64,000 bases of DNA, taken from the NCBI GenBank assembly GCA_902541175.1, contig CACBPP010000001.1, positions 134,923 through 198,922 of the forward strand. Reading direction: 5' to 3'. Numbering within the stretch: position 1 is the first letter of the stretch; each line of letters opens with the position of its first letter. A program made the translations under genes and the position numbers. The stretch is from an uncultured SAR86 cluster bacterium. GTDB lineage: Bacteria > Pseudomonadota > Gammaproteobacteria > Magnimaribacterales > D2472. The notes under the pieces were generated by a model. That model had not been told where the DNA came from. It did not search any database and was given only the letters and a program-made list of their open reading frames with translations. Below, in pieces: positions 19,772-29,177 of this stretch.

Positions 19772-20372
19772 TGATGACATTCTTATTGCCTCATCAAACA
19801 AAGGCAAATTAAAAGAATTTAAAAAACTATTCAAAAATCATAAAGTTTTTTCTTTATCTGATCTTAATATAGAAGATGCTATAGAAGATGGGGATTCCTT
19901 TTTAGAAAATGCAATGATTAAAGCAAAACATGGCGCTAAGGAATCTAAAATTTATACGATTGCAGATGATTCAGGAATTGTAGTCCCTAAATTAGGCTAT
20001 GAACCCGGTATTTATTCTGCAAGATATGCTGGCGAGGGTGCTAGTGATAAAGATAACAGAGATAAGATTATTGACAAAATGATTGAGAAAAAACATGAGA
20101 GTCTTGAAGCTTTCTATGTTTGTGTTCTTGTTGGACTAAAAAGTCCCAATGATCCTATGCCAATAGTAACTCAAGGTGAAATTCATGGGAGAATATCGAT
20201 AAATAGTTCAGGAGAAGGAGGCTTTGGATATGACAAAATCTTTTATCCCGATGGATATGACTGCTCAATGGCTTCTTTAGACCCACAAATTAAAAATAAA
20301 GTTAGTCACAGAGCCGTTGCTTCAGAAAAATTTATAAAATTGTTTAATAGTAGTTATGATACTTTTTTATAA
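19761..20372 (+). CDS. rdgB: dITP/XTP pyrophosphatase (RdgB/HAM1 family)
   Basis: ILIASSNKGKLKEF, ADDSGI, GFGYDKIFYP and SHRAVA motifs. TTG start. Confidence 0.85.
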   Translation: MKSNDDILIASSNKGKLKEFKKLFKNHKVFSLSDLNIEDAIEDGDSFLENAMIKAKHGAKESKIYTIADDSGIVVPKLGYEPGIYSARYAGEGASDKDNRDKIIDKMIEKKHESLEAFYVCVLVGLKSPNDPMPIVTQGEIHGRISINSSGEGGFGYDKIFYPDGYDCSMASLDPQIKNKVSHRAVASEKFIKLFNSSYDTFL

Positions 20373-21001
20373 TTAAATTCAAATAACTCTCTGCCCTCGT
20401 CTTTCCCTCTTCTTTCAAACTTAGAAAGAGATTCTTTTTGAAAAGATTTGTTTGAAGATGGCTTAAATAATTTATTTTTTTTAAATGATTCAGAAATGTT
20501 TTCTGCATAGTTTTCCCAGTCTGTAGATATATATACATTTGAATCGTCCTTCATAAAATCATAAACCATTTTTAAAAAAGATTTATTTATTAGTCTTCTT
20601 TTGTGATGTTTTTCTTTAGGCCAAGGATCGGGACAAATAATAATCACTGAATCAAATACTTTTTTTGGGCTTTGATCTAAGAGCAGCCTAATATCGTCTG
20701 AAAAAATTTTTATGTTATTGATATTGTTTTCTTTTATGCTTGAAACCAAAGTTCCTATGCCTGACATATAGACTTCGGAACCTATAAATAAATAGCTAGG
20801 ATTATTTATTGCTTGAAAAATAATATTTTCAGCATTACCAAATCCAATTTCTAAATAACATTTATCAAAGTGTTTGCTGAAATCTTCTACTTCCTGAATA
20901 CTTTTTACAGAAAATTCTGATAAAGAGCTTAAACTTTGGATCTGCTTTTTAGTTATTCGGCCTTTTCTTTTTACAAACGAAGGAAGAAACTTTAATTGCA
21001 T
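20354..21001 (-). CDS. trmB: tRNA (guanine46-N7)-methyltransferase
   Basis: LEIGFGNAENI SAM motif and ICPDPWPKEKHHKRR. Confidence 0.85.
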   Translation of the reverse strand: MQLKFLPSFVKRKGRITKKQIQSLSSLSEFSVKSIQEVEDFSKHFDKCYLEIGFGNAENIIFQAINNPSYLFIGSEVYMSGIGTLVSSIKENNINNIKIFSDDIRLLLDQSPKKVFDSVIIICPDPWPKEKHHKRRLINKSFLKMVYDFMKDDSNVYISTDWENYAENISESFKKNKLFKPSSNKSFQKESLSKFERRGKDEGRELFEFNYKKVS

Positions 21002-21016
21002 TGCTAAATGCTAGAT

Positions 21017-21877
21017 TTATGCAAAATCTACCATAAATGCTTTCAATTTTTTAAGTGCGCTGTTTTCAATTTGTCTAATTCTTTCAGCGGAAACTTTATA
21101 TTCATCAGCTAAATCATGAAGTGTAGCCTTTTCATCTGATAGGTATCTTCTATTAAGAATATCTTTACTTCTATCATCAAGAGTTTTTAGTGCTGCAAGA
21201 AGCTCTTCCTTGTTTTCTTGTTCGGCTTGCTCTGATGCAACTATGATTTCAGGATCATATCTTTTATCTTCTAAATATTGAGAAGGAGACATAATTTCAT
21301 CATCATCACCAGAGGGAACCGGTGAATCAAATGATGAATCATTTGAAGATAGTCTATTTTCCATGTGTAATACATCTTTGACCTCAACATTTAGGTCAGA
21401 TGCAATTTTTTCAGCTTCTTCTTTAGTCAGCCAATCAAGTGATTTCTTTTTGCTTCTAAGATTGAAGAATAGTTTTCTTTGCGCTTTAGTTGTAGCAATT
21501 TTTACTAATCTCCAGTTTTTAAGAATATATTCATGAATCTCAGCTTTAATCCAATGAACTGCAAAAGAGACTAGTTTTACACCTCTATGAGGATCATATT
21601 TATCTACAGCTTTCATTAAGCCAACATTACCTTCCTGAATAATATCTCCCAGCGGCAATCCATAACCTTGATATGATCTTGCAATATGAACCACAAATCT
21701 TAAGTGATGAATCACGAGCTGTCTTGCAGCATCTAAATCGTCTTCCTCATATAATTTCAAAGCAAGCTCTTGCTCCTCTTCCTTGGTAAGAATAGGTATT
21801 GAATGAACAGATGAAAGATATGATTCAATATCTTTACCTGGACTATTTAATTGTGAGGGTTGTAATTGTGTGCCCAT
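21017..21877 (-). CDS. rpoH: RNA polymerase sigma-32 factor RpoH
   Basis: Sigma-70 regions 2-4 plus the RpoH box (TTKAQRKLFFNLRSKK). Confidence 0.9.
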   Translation of the reverse strand: MGTQLQPSQLNSPGKDIESYLSSVHSIPILTKEEEQELALKLYEEDDLDAARQLVIHHLRFVVHIARSYQGYGLPLGDIIQEGNVGLMKAVDKYDPHRGVKLVSFAVHWIKAEIHEYILKNWRLVKIATTKAQRKLFFNLRSKKKSLDWLTKEEAEKIASDLNVEVKDVLHMENRLSSNDSSFDSPVPSGDDDEIMSPSQYLEDKRYDPEIIVASEQAEQENKEELLAALKTLDDRSKDILNRRYLSDEKATLHDLADEYKVSAERIRQIENSALKKLKAFMVDFA

Positions 21878-21931
21878 AATATAAATAAAAATTATAATTA
21901 ATTATATCAATTAATTATGAATAATAGAAAA

Positions 21932-22753
21932 TTATACCAATTTTTTGAAAAAATCTCCTAAAACAGGTAAAAAATCGCTTTTAATTGAATTATTTCTAAA
22001 GGCTATAAAGAATGGATTTAGTATTGAATCCTCCTTTGCATAGGTCAATTCTTCATAATCTCCAATTTTGATAACACTTCCTCCCTTTTGGTTAAGGACT
22101 GCATGAGCAGCAGCTATATCCCATTCAGAAGTGGGGCCAAATCTGGGGTAAATGTCAGCCTCGTTATCTACCAAACTACATAGTTTCAACGAACTACCCT
22201 TCTCAATAATCTCATAATCTATGTTTTGTGATTCAATATAATTAAGAAAAGCCGTATCTTTGTCACTTTTATGACTTTTGCTCATTACAATTCTTAACTT
22301 ATCGTAAGAATCATTTTGTGACTGCACATCTTCAAAAATAGATCCATGCCAAATTTTTCTAGTTACAGGGGCGCCAACAATACCAAATACAACTTTCTTA
22401 TTGTTAATCATTGCAATATTTACGGTAAATTCACCAGTTTTATTAATAAACTCTTTGGTTCCATCAAGAGGATCAACTAACCAATATGTTTGGTCTAAAC
22501 TTTTTATTAGATCCTCACTAAAAGTTTCCTCTGAGATAATTGAAATATCCTTTGAAATTTTCTCTAATGAATTCAGTATTATTTCATTAGATTTTTTATC
22601 TGCTATCGTTAAAGGAGAGCCGTCTGATTTTTCTTCTTGATCAAAGCTTTCAGAATTATAAATCTGCATAATTTCATCAGAGGCAAAATTAACGCATTCT
22701 ATCAGTGCGCCTAAATGATTATCAAAAAAATTTTTACTTACCATTTTATTCAA
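21932..22753 (-). CDS. cysQ: 3'(2'),5'-bisphosphate nucleotidase CysQ (inositol monophosphatase family)
   Basis: WLVDPLDGTKEF and EWDIAAAHAV motifs. Confidence 0.8.
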   Translation of the reverse strand: MNKMVSKNFFDNHLGALIECVNFASDEIMQIYNSESFDQEEKSDGSPLTIADKKSNEIILNSLEKISKDISIISEETFSEDLIKSLDQTYWLVDPLDGTKEFINKTGEFTVNIAMINNKKVVFGIVGAPVTRKIWHGSIFEDVQSQNDSYDKLRIVMSKSHKSDKDTAFLNYIESQNIDYEIIEKGSSLKLCSLVDNEADIYPRFGPTSEWDIAAAHAVLNQKGGSVIKIGDYEELTYAKEDSILNPFFIAFRNNSIKSDFLPVLGDFFKKLV

Positions 22754-23877
22754 ATACTACAACTTTGTTTATTAAGATTTTTGTAATCAATTGCTTCAAG
22801 GATTTTATAATGAATGTCTGTATTATCCATCAATCCTTGAAATAGTTCTGCTCCAGGACCATAAGCATGCACTCCTACAGGAATCGAAGTGTGTCTTCCA
22901 GTACCCCATTGAATAACAACTTTATCATCGTCTTGCTTAAGAATTTGTAATCCTCCAGTTTCATGATCAGAAGTAACTATTAACAGTGTCTCGTTATCTT
23001 CATTTACAAAGTTAATCAAATCTCCAATGGTTAAATCAAAATCTTTAAACTCCTCTATCATTTCATTTGCATCGTTATCGTGTGCAGCCCAATCTATTTG
23101 ACTACCTTCAGTCATTAAAAAGAACCCATTACACTGCTTGTTCAAATGATTTAATGCAAAATTTGTCATTTCTCTTTGAGTTGGTTTTTCATTTGATCGC
23201 TCAATGCCATCATCGTCAAAAAGACCAATAAGCTTTTTAGAATGATCAAAATTCAATTGCAGAGACTCTTTTTCTGTGAGCACATAGTGCGTGTCATTAA
23301 TTTTATTTAAATCAAAAAATTCTTTACCTCCTCCTAAAGCAATATCAATTGAAGAATTAATAAGCTGATTAGCAATATTTTTGTATTCATATCTGCTGTC
23401 AATGTGAGCATATAAAGCTGCAGGCGTTGCATGAGTTACTGAAGATGTTGCGACTATGCCGGAGGTATAACCCTTTTCATGAAGCATTTCTACAATGGTA
23501 TCTAATATTTTTTTGTCTGGATCCAATGACAAATATCTATTTTTTGTTTTATATCCAGTTGACCATGCTGTTGCTGCTGCTGCTGAGTCTGTATATGCAT
23601 TGTTATAAGAATGGGTTAAAGAGGTACCGACATTTGGGATTTGATCAATAAAAAGTCTATGGTCTAGACCACCAATTGCAATACGTGACAAAGTTATCTG
23701 ATTAGGCCCAACCCCATCCCCAATAGCAAGAATTATATTCTTGGCTTTTAAGTTATTAGGAAAATCTTTAATTTCAATAAATTCTGTTTTTTTTGTGCCG
23801 ATTGAAATCGATTCAGTTCTCTTAGATGTATCACATGATGAAATTACTAAGACTATTAAGAGAAAAATATATTTCAT
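22750..23877 (-). CDS. Alkaline phosphatase (PhoA family), exported
   Basis: ILAIGDGVGPNQ, active-site TDSAAAATAWSTG, and SDHETGG. Lipoprotein-like SSC signal. Confidence 0.85.
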   Translation of the reverse strand: MKYIFLLIVLVISSCDTSKRTESISIGTKKTEFIEIKDFPNNLKAKNIILAIGDGVGPNQITLSRIAIGGLDHRLFIDQIPNVGTSLTHSYNNAYTDSAAAATAWSTGYKTKNRYLSLDPDKKILDTIVEMLHEKGYTSGIVATSSVTHATPAALYAHIDSRYEYKNIANQLINSSIDIALGGGKEFFDLNKINDTHYVLTEKESLQLNFDHSKKLIGLFDDDGIERSNEKPTQREMTNFALNHLNKQCNGFFLMTEGSQIDWAAHDNDANEMIEEFKDFDLTIGDLINFVNEDNETLLIVTSDHETGGLQILKQDDDKVVIQWGTGRHTSIPVGVHAYGPGAELFQGLMDNTDIHYKILEAIDYKNLNKQSCSI

Positions 23878-23883
23878 TAAGTT

Positions 23884-24720
23884 TTAATCAAGAGCCTTCA
23901 TTCTTTGTTTTATTCTATCGCTTTGCTCTGGAAAACAACTCCAACAATGGTCATATATTGCCTCTTCCCACTCACCATACATTGGATTAATAATCATGAA
24001 CCATTTTTCTCCCCACATGTTTGCGTATTTATCTATTAAATCCTTTCTACTTTGCACACTTGTAGCGGTCTCTTTAAGAGGTATAAAGTCATCTAGTTGG
24101 TCACCAAAAATTTGAATGATACGAAAATCTTTTTTAATTAAATCTCTTCTACTTGTCTTATCTGAAGTCCAACCTTTTTCATTTTTCATAAGAAGAACAT
24201 CAATATCACTATCAAATGGCAATCCTAATGCTTTTATATTGTTACGCGTATATTCCTCTAAATCATGAGTCCTATTTGTTACATAAAAGATTTTAATTCC
24301 TCTGTCATCAGCATAACTAAGATAGTCTTTTACTCCGGGTAAGGCACCAGCTGCCTCCTCAGACACCCATTCTTTCCAGCCAATGGGATAACTTGTTCCA
24401 TTTCTAATGCTTCTTACCTGATGTTCTGAATTATCAAGAACAGTCTCATCAATATCTAAAATGATTGCTGGAGGCAGACTTTGATAATTATCACTTTGAT
24501 CCAAGATAGCTGTCCAAGATTTATCTTCTAAAGCCTTATCTATATTTTTTTGTGCAGAAGAATATACTTGAAAGGTATTTGCTTTAAATTCAGCGGATGT
24601 TCGTTTAAACAAAACTGCAAGAAGTGATTGTGACTGATAAGAATTATCTATTTCACTTGCAAGTGGAGCGTTGTTGAAAAAAATTATGCAGTATAAAAAT
24701 ATGTGTCTTAATGATTTCAT
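23884..24720 (-). CDS. HAD-superfamily class C acid phosphatase / 5'-nucleotidase e(P4)-like, exported
   Basis: ILDIDETVLDN (DDDD motif I), FYVTNR, and GDQLDDF. Signal peptide present. Confidence 0.75.
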   Translation of the reverse strand: MKSLRHIFLYCIIFFNNAPLASEIDNSYQSQSLLAVLFKRTSAEFKANTFQVYSSAQKNIDKALEDKSWTAILDQSDNYQSLPPAIILDIDETVLDNSEHQVRSIRNGTSYPIGWKEWVSEEAAGALPGVKDYLSYADDRGIKIFYVTNRTHDLEEYTRNNIKALGLPFDSDIDVLLMKNEKGWTSDKTSRRDLIKKDFRIIQIFGDQLDDFIPLKETATSVQSRKDLIDKYANMWGEKWFMIINPMYGEWEEAIYDHCWSCFPEQSDRIKQRMKALD

Positions 24721-24728
24721 AGTACAAG

Positions 24729-24742
24729 AGCATTATAATGCT
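24729..24742. promoter_or_regulatory. Perfect 14-bp palindrome AGCATTATAATGCT containing TATAAT on both strands, in a divergent intergenic region
   Basis: Read directly from the sequence. It lies 8 nt upstream of the acid phosphatase ATG (24720) and about 30 nt upstream of the small-ORF ATG (24772). Confidence 0.3.
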
Positions 24743-24771
24743 AAGATTATAATTAGTTACAAAAATTATTT

Positions 24772-24933
24772 ATGGATAATAGATTAATAGAAAATTTAGA
24801 AAAATTAAAAAAGATGCTTGTTCTTTTGAGTGAAGAAAGAAAGGTTGTCTTGTCTCATCATAAAACTTTTGAGCATGTTGAAAAAATGAGATCGATTGTT
24901 AACGAATCTATAGAAATGGCGAATAAATCATGA
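24772..24933 (+). CDS. Unannotated 53-aa ORF (MDNRLIENLEKLKKMLVLLSEERKVVLSHHKTFEHVEKMRSIVNESIEMANKS), helical and charged
   Basis: Below the ORF-track cutoff. Its TGA overlaps the ATG of the enoyl-CoA hydratase gene as ATGA (24930-24933), the coupling pattern used across this window. No clear SD. Confidence 0.35.
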   Translation: MDNRLIENLEKLKKMLVLLSEERKVVLSHHKTFEHVEKMRSIVNESIEMANKS

Positions 24934-25796
24934 CAAATAAAAAATATAAATGCTTTGACCTTAATGTATCAGACAATATAGCAAATCTAGTTTTGTCTAG
25001 GCCTAACGAACTTAACACAATGTCTAGAGACTTCTGGGTAGAGCTCGGAAGCATACTAGAAGAAATTAATAGAAATTCTGACATAAGAGTTGTTGTTATG
25101 TCTTCCACAGGCAAACATTTTTGTGCTGGAATGGACTTGAGTGCTTTTTCAAATGGAGTTGAGGATATTCCAGATGACAAAAAACCTGATAGTGCAAGAA
25201 TCGGTGAAGCTTTGTACAGAGTTGCAAAGGAGCTTCAAGGATATATTAGTAATTTAGAAAAAATTAGAGTTCCTGTTATTGCTGCTATTCAGGGTGGCTG
25301 TATTGGGGGTGCTGTAGATATGGTTACAGCATGTGACATCAGACTTGCATCAAAAGAAGCTTTTTTCTGTATACAAGAAATTAATATTGGTATGGCAGCT
25401 GATGTAGGAACTCTTCAAAGACTTCCAAAAATTATTCCTGATTCTAAAATGAGAGAGATGGCCTATACGGGTAGAAGAATGTATGCAGATGAGGCAAAAG
25501 ATTCTGGCTTAATAAGTGATATGTATGAAACTCAAGAAGAAATGCTTGAGGGTGCTAATAAGTTAGCAAAAGAAATAGCTTCAAAATCTCCAGTAGCAAT
25601 ATATGGACTTAAAGCAGTAATGAATTACTCAAGAGACCACAGTGTAAGTGACGGTCTTGAATACAATGCTTTGTGGAGCGGCGCCATGCTAAGTCAGAAA
25701 GATATGACTGAGGCTATAACTGCTAATATGGAAAAAAGAGATGCATCGTTCGATGATATGGTCGATGTTAAAAAGTTTAACGAATCGGGCTCTTAA
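24930..25796 (+). CDS. Enoyl-CoA hydratase/isomerase family (ECH1 / dienoyl-CoA isomerase-like)
   Basis: Crotonase motifs VVVMSSTGKHFCAGMDL and AAIQGGCIGGAVDMVTACDIR. Confidence 0.8.
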   Translation: MTNKKYKCFDLNVSDNIANLVLSRPNELNTMSRDFWVELGSILEEINRNSDIRVVVMSSTGKHFCAGMDLSAFSNGVEDIPDDKKPDSARIGEALYRVAKELQGYISNLEKIRVPVIAAIQGGCIGGAVDMVTACDIRLASKEAFFCIQEINIGMAADVGTLQRLPKIIPDSKMREMAYTGRRMYADEAKDSGLISDMYETQEEMLEGANKLAKEIASKSPVAIYGLKAVMNYSRDHSVSDGLEYNALWSGAMLSQKDMTEAITANMEKRDASFDDMVDVKKFNESGS

Positions 25797-26563
25797 GATT
25801 TTCTAAGAAATACAGGAACAGTTACTGTGGATTCAGCTTTTGAATACTTATATCCATCCAAATCAAACCCAGATAAGTCTTCAAAATTAGTTACCTTATT
25901 TTGAATTATCCATTTAGCCATAAGGCCTCTAGCTTTCTTTGCATAGAAACTGATAATTTTATAATTACCGTTCTTATAATCTTTAAATGTTGGAGTAACG
26001 ACATTAATGTCTTCAGGTAATTTTCCTAAAACTGTAAAGTACTCTTTTGAAGCTAAATTAATTAAAAGATCTGACCTTTGAACTTTCAATTCATTTAAAA
26101 CATTTTTTTGGACCTTATCACCCCAAAATTCGTAGAGATTCTTTCCTTCTGAAGTTTCTAATTTTGTTCCCATCTCAAGCCTATATGGTTTCATTAGATC
26201 CAATGGTCTCAATATCCCATATAACCCAGATAGAATCCTTATATGCTTTTGAGCAAATTTCATTTCAGCATTATTTAGATCCTCAGCTTGGAGTCCTTGA
26301 TATACGTCTCCTTTAAAAACAAGCATTGAAGGCTTCGAATCAGCAGATACTTTTTTTGCTGGAGACCATGATTGGTATCTATCGAAGTTCAGTGTGGCAA
26401 GTTTATCGCTTAAACCCATTAAAGATGCAATATCTTTGGGTTCTTTTGTTTTTAAGTTATCTATAAGTTTTGAGGATTGACTCAAAAATGCAGGCACAGA
26501 ATGATCATGATTTGATTCAAATTCATAATCAAGTGTTTTTGCTGGAGAAAGTACTATAATCAT
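25793..26563 (-). CDS. yaaA: Peroxide stress protein YaaA (DUF328)
   Basis: MIIVLSPAKTLD N-terminus and LSGLYGILRPLDLMKPYRLEM. Confidence 0.85.
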   Translation of the reverse strand: MIIVLSPAKTLDYEFESNHDHSVPAFLSQSSKLIDNLKTKEPKDIASLMGLSDKLATLNFDRYQSWSPAKKVSADSKPSMLVFKGDVYQGLQAEDLNNAEMKFAQKHIRILSGLYGILRPLDLMKPYRLEMGTKLETSEGKNLYEFWGDKVQKNVLNELKVQRSDLLINLASKEYFTVLGKLPEDINVVTPTFKDYKNGNYKIISFYAKKARGLMAKWIIQNKVTNFEDLSGFDLDGYKYSKAESTVTVPVFLRKS

Positions 26564-26566
26564 GGC

Positions 26567-26584
26567 TGTATTTTAACGAATACA
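26567..26584. promoter_or_regulatory. Inverted repeat TGTATT-N6-AATACA in the 38-bp yaaA/TRAP divergent gap (candidate operator)
   Basis: Read directly. Arms are 6 bp with a 6-nt spacer. AT-rich, so a chance match is plausible. Confidence 0.2.
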
Positions 26585-26601
26585 TAGAGGCATATTCAAT
26601 A

Positions 26602-27072
26602 ATGTATATAGAAAAAGGCATAAATTCTTTAGGAAAATTCATATCATTGATGATTCCAGTTATGACAATATTGATGATAGTGATAATAGTCGCCAGATAT
26701 TTCTTTGGTATTGGACTTACAGGACTTCAAGAATTTGTAATGTATCTTCATGCATTCATATTTCTTGGTTGCGCAGGATATGTTCACTACAAAGATGAGC
26801 ATGTCAGAGTAGATATCTTTTATAGAGACTCATCTAATTCATACAAAAATAATGTAAATTTTATATTAAGCCTTTTCTTCCTGTTACCTGTTTGTTTTGT
26901 TATAGGTTTTTATTCTCTAGAGCTAATTGAGATGTCTTGGAAAATTAGAGAGGTTTCAACTGAGGCTGGTGGTCTTGATTATGTTTACATCCAGAAAACG
27001 TTAATCATTCTTTTCCCACTTACTATGATTTTAACTTTCGCATATCAACTAATTCATAAAAAATGGAAATAG
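26602..27072 (+). CDS. TRAP transporter small permease (DctQ-type)
   Basis: 156 aa with 4 TM segments. Overlaps the following DctM-type gene. Confidence 0.8.
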   Translation: MYIEKGINSLGKFISLMIPVMTILMIVIIVARYFFGIGLTGLQEFVMYLHAFIFLGCAGYVHYKDEHVRVDIFYRDSSNSYKNNVNFILSLFFLLPVCFVIGFYSLELIEMSWKIREVSTEAGGLDYVYIQKTLIILFPLTMILTFAYQLIHKKWK

Positions 27073-28400
27073 TTCCTCTTCTGCTACTTGTGATAATTTG
27101 TGCTGCTTTACTGGTAGGTTTTCCAGTAGCGCTTACTCTGGCAGGTGTATCAATAATATTTGCGTTGATTTGCATTCCTCTAGGAATTTTTGATCCAACT
27201 ATTTTTAAAAGTATTCCAATTAGAATTTTTGGAATTATGAATAATGTAACATTGCTTGCAGTTCCTTTATTTATTTTTATGGGAACTATTCTTGAAAAAT
27301 CTGGTATTGCTGCAAAGATGCTTGAAAATATGGCAAAGGCTTTTAGAAGTATAAAAGGCGGATTGTCTATATCGATAATTATTGTTGGTGCTTTACTTGC
27401 AGCAAGTACAGGGATTGTAGGCGCGACTGTAGTAACTATGGGTCTAATGTCCCTCCCAATTCTAATAAATCAAGGATACGATAAAAGCTTCTCAGCTGGG
27501 TTGGTTGCATCCACTGGGACTCTTGGACAAATAATTCCACCATCCATAGCCTTGGTTTTGCTTGGTGATGTTATGTCAAATGCTTATCAAAGAGCTCAAA
27601 ATGACATGGGTATATTTTCCCAACAAACCGTAACTGTTGGAGATTTATTTATAGGTGCTATTGTTCCTGGAATTCTGATATGTATTGGGTATCTTATTTA
27701 TACACTTTATAAAAATAGCAACAATTTAGATTTAAAATATACTTCAACAGAATTTACTATAGATAAAGTTGAATTATTTAAGACGCTAGCGCTCCCAATA
27801 ATCTTAATTTTTTTAGTTCTAGGCTCTATATTTGCAGGTATTGCAACGCCTACAGAGGCGGCTGCAATTGGAGCATTTGGTGCCTTATTAATTGCATTAA
27901 TAAACAGAAAAGTTAATTTACATTTCTTTAAAGAGACTTCTGAGAAAACTGCAATTGTTTCAACAATGATTTTTACAATTCTTATTGGTGCATCAATTTT
28001 TTCACTAATATTTAGAGGTGTTGGAGGTGATGAGTTAATTGACCTAATTTTTAATTCTCTCCCTGGAGGATCATTTACTGCTCTAATATTTGTCCTAGTT
28101 ATTATTTTTTTGCTTGGTTTTATTTTAGATTTTATTGAGATTTGTTACGTAATAGTGCCACTCGTTGCTCCACCTCTTTTGATGATGGGCTTTGATCCTG
28201 TATGGCTTGCTATTTTATTTGCAATAAACTTACAAACTTCATTTTTAACTCCACCATTTGGATTTTCGCTTTTTTACTTGAGAGGGGTTGCAGATGAGAG
28301 CATACAAACTAAAGAAATTTATAAAGGCGTTACTCCTTTTATATTAATTCAAATTATTATTCTTTTTGCAGTTATGCTATTCCCAATTCTAGTAATATAA
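27063..28400 (+). CDS. TRAP transporter large permease (DctM-type)
   Basis: 445 aa with about 12 TM segments. Typical LFIFMG, IPPS and FLTPPFG motifs. Confidence 0.9.
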   Translation: MEIVPLLLLVIICAALLVGFPVALTLAGVSIIFALICIPLGIFDPTIFKSIPIRIFGIMNNVTLLAVPLFIFMGTILEKSGIAAKMLENMAKAFRSIKGGLSISIIIVGALLAASTGIVGATVVTMGLMSLPILINQGYDKSFSAGLVASTGTLGQIIPPSIALVLLGDVMSNAYQRAQNDMGIFSQQTVTVGDLFIGAIVPGILICIGYLIYTLYKNSNNLDLKYTSTEFTIDKVELFKTLALPIILIFLVLGSIFAGIATPTEAAAIGAFGALLIALINRKVNLHFFKETSEKTAIVSTMIFTILIGASIFSLIFRGVGGDELIDLIFNSLPGGSFTALIFVLVIIFLLGFILDFIEICYVIVPLVAPPLLMMGFDPVWLAILFAINLQTSFLTPPFGFSLFYLRGVADESIQTKEIYKGVTPFILIQIIILFAVMLFPILVI

Positions 28401-28406
28401 GAGTTA

Positions 28407-29177
28407 ATGAACAAAAAATTCTTAATCATATCTACTTTCTTTATTTTAATAAGCTGCTCAGATAGTTTTGTTGAATTAGAAGACAGAATCAAAATTCATG
28501 CAGAAAAGAATGGTATTGAGAAGTCTTTTTTTCAAGTTAAAAAAGAAGCTCTATATATTCAACAATGGAGCAAAGACGACACATTCATTGATGAAATTAA
28601 TGAATTTAAAAAATTAGATAAAGAAAATTTTCCTGAAAAAGGCAAAATTCTATTTACAGGTAGTTCAAGCATAAGGTATTGGGATTCGTTAGAAGAAGAT
28701 ATGGAACCACTTGAAGTCTTAAATCGTGGTTTTGGAGGAGCACAAATTTCTCATGTTATTTATCATTTTGAAGAAATTATTAAGCCATACGAACCAAAGG
28801 CTATTGTTTTTTTCTGTGGGACAAATGATTTAACTGCGCTAAAGACTCCAAAAGAAACTATGAGTGATTTCAAAAAATTCTTAAGTCTTGTTAGGAATGA
28901 GTTTGGAAATATTAAAGTATACGTAATAGGTATAAAGCCATCTGTAGACAGACTTTATCTTGATAAGGAAGAAAGGATTTTTAATAGTTCGATTAAGCTA
29001 CTTGCAAGTCAAGATGCTTACTTAGAGTATATTGATGTTTGGGATTCTATGCTAAGTGAGGATGGTTCAAGAATGCCAGAATTGTTCATTGAGGATGGCC
29101 TTCATATGAACAAAAAAGGATATGAAGTTTGGACAAAGCAAGTAAGGAAAAGTCTTTCAAAAGATTTTAATATTTAG
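28407..29177 (+). CDS. SGNH/GDSL hydrolase-type esterase, exported lipoprotein-like
   Basis: Block I FTGSSSI, block II NRGFGGA, block III GTND and block V DGLHMN. Signal ends in ISC. Confidence 0.75.
   Translation: MNKKFLIISTFFILISCSDSFVELEDRIKIHAEKNGIEKSFFQVKKEALYIQQWSKDDTFIDEINEFKKLDKENFPEKGKILFTGSSSIRYWDSLEEDMEPLEVLNRGFGGAQISHVIYHFEEIIKPYEPKAIVFFCGTNDLTALKTPKETMSDFKKFLSLVRNEFGNIKVYVIGIKPSVDRLYLDKEERIFNSSIKLLASQDAYLEYIDVWDSMLSEDGSRMPELFIEDGLHMNKKGYEVWTKQVRKSLSKDFNI

Noticed and set aside
24721-24771. A Pho box upstream of the acid phosphatase / alkaline phosphatase genes.
   Set aside because: No tandem CTGTCAT-like repeats are visible. Only the AGCATTATAATGCT palindrome is there, and it is reported separately.
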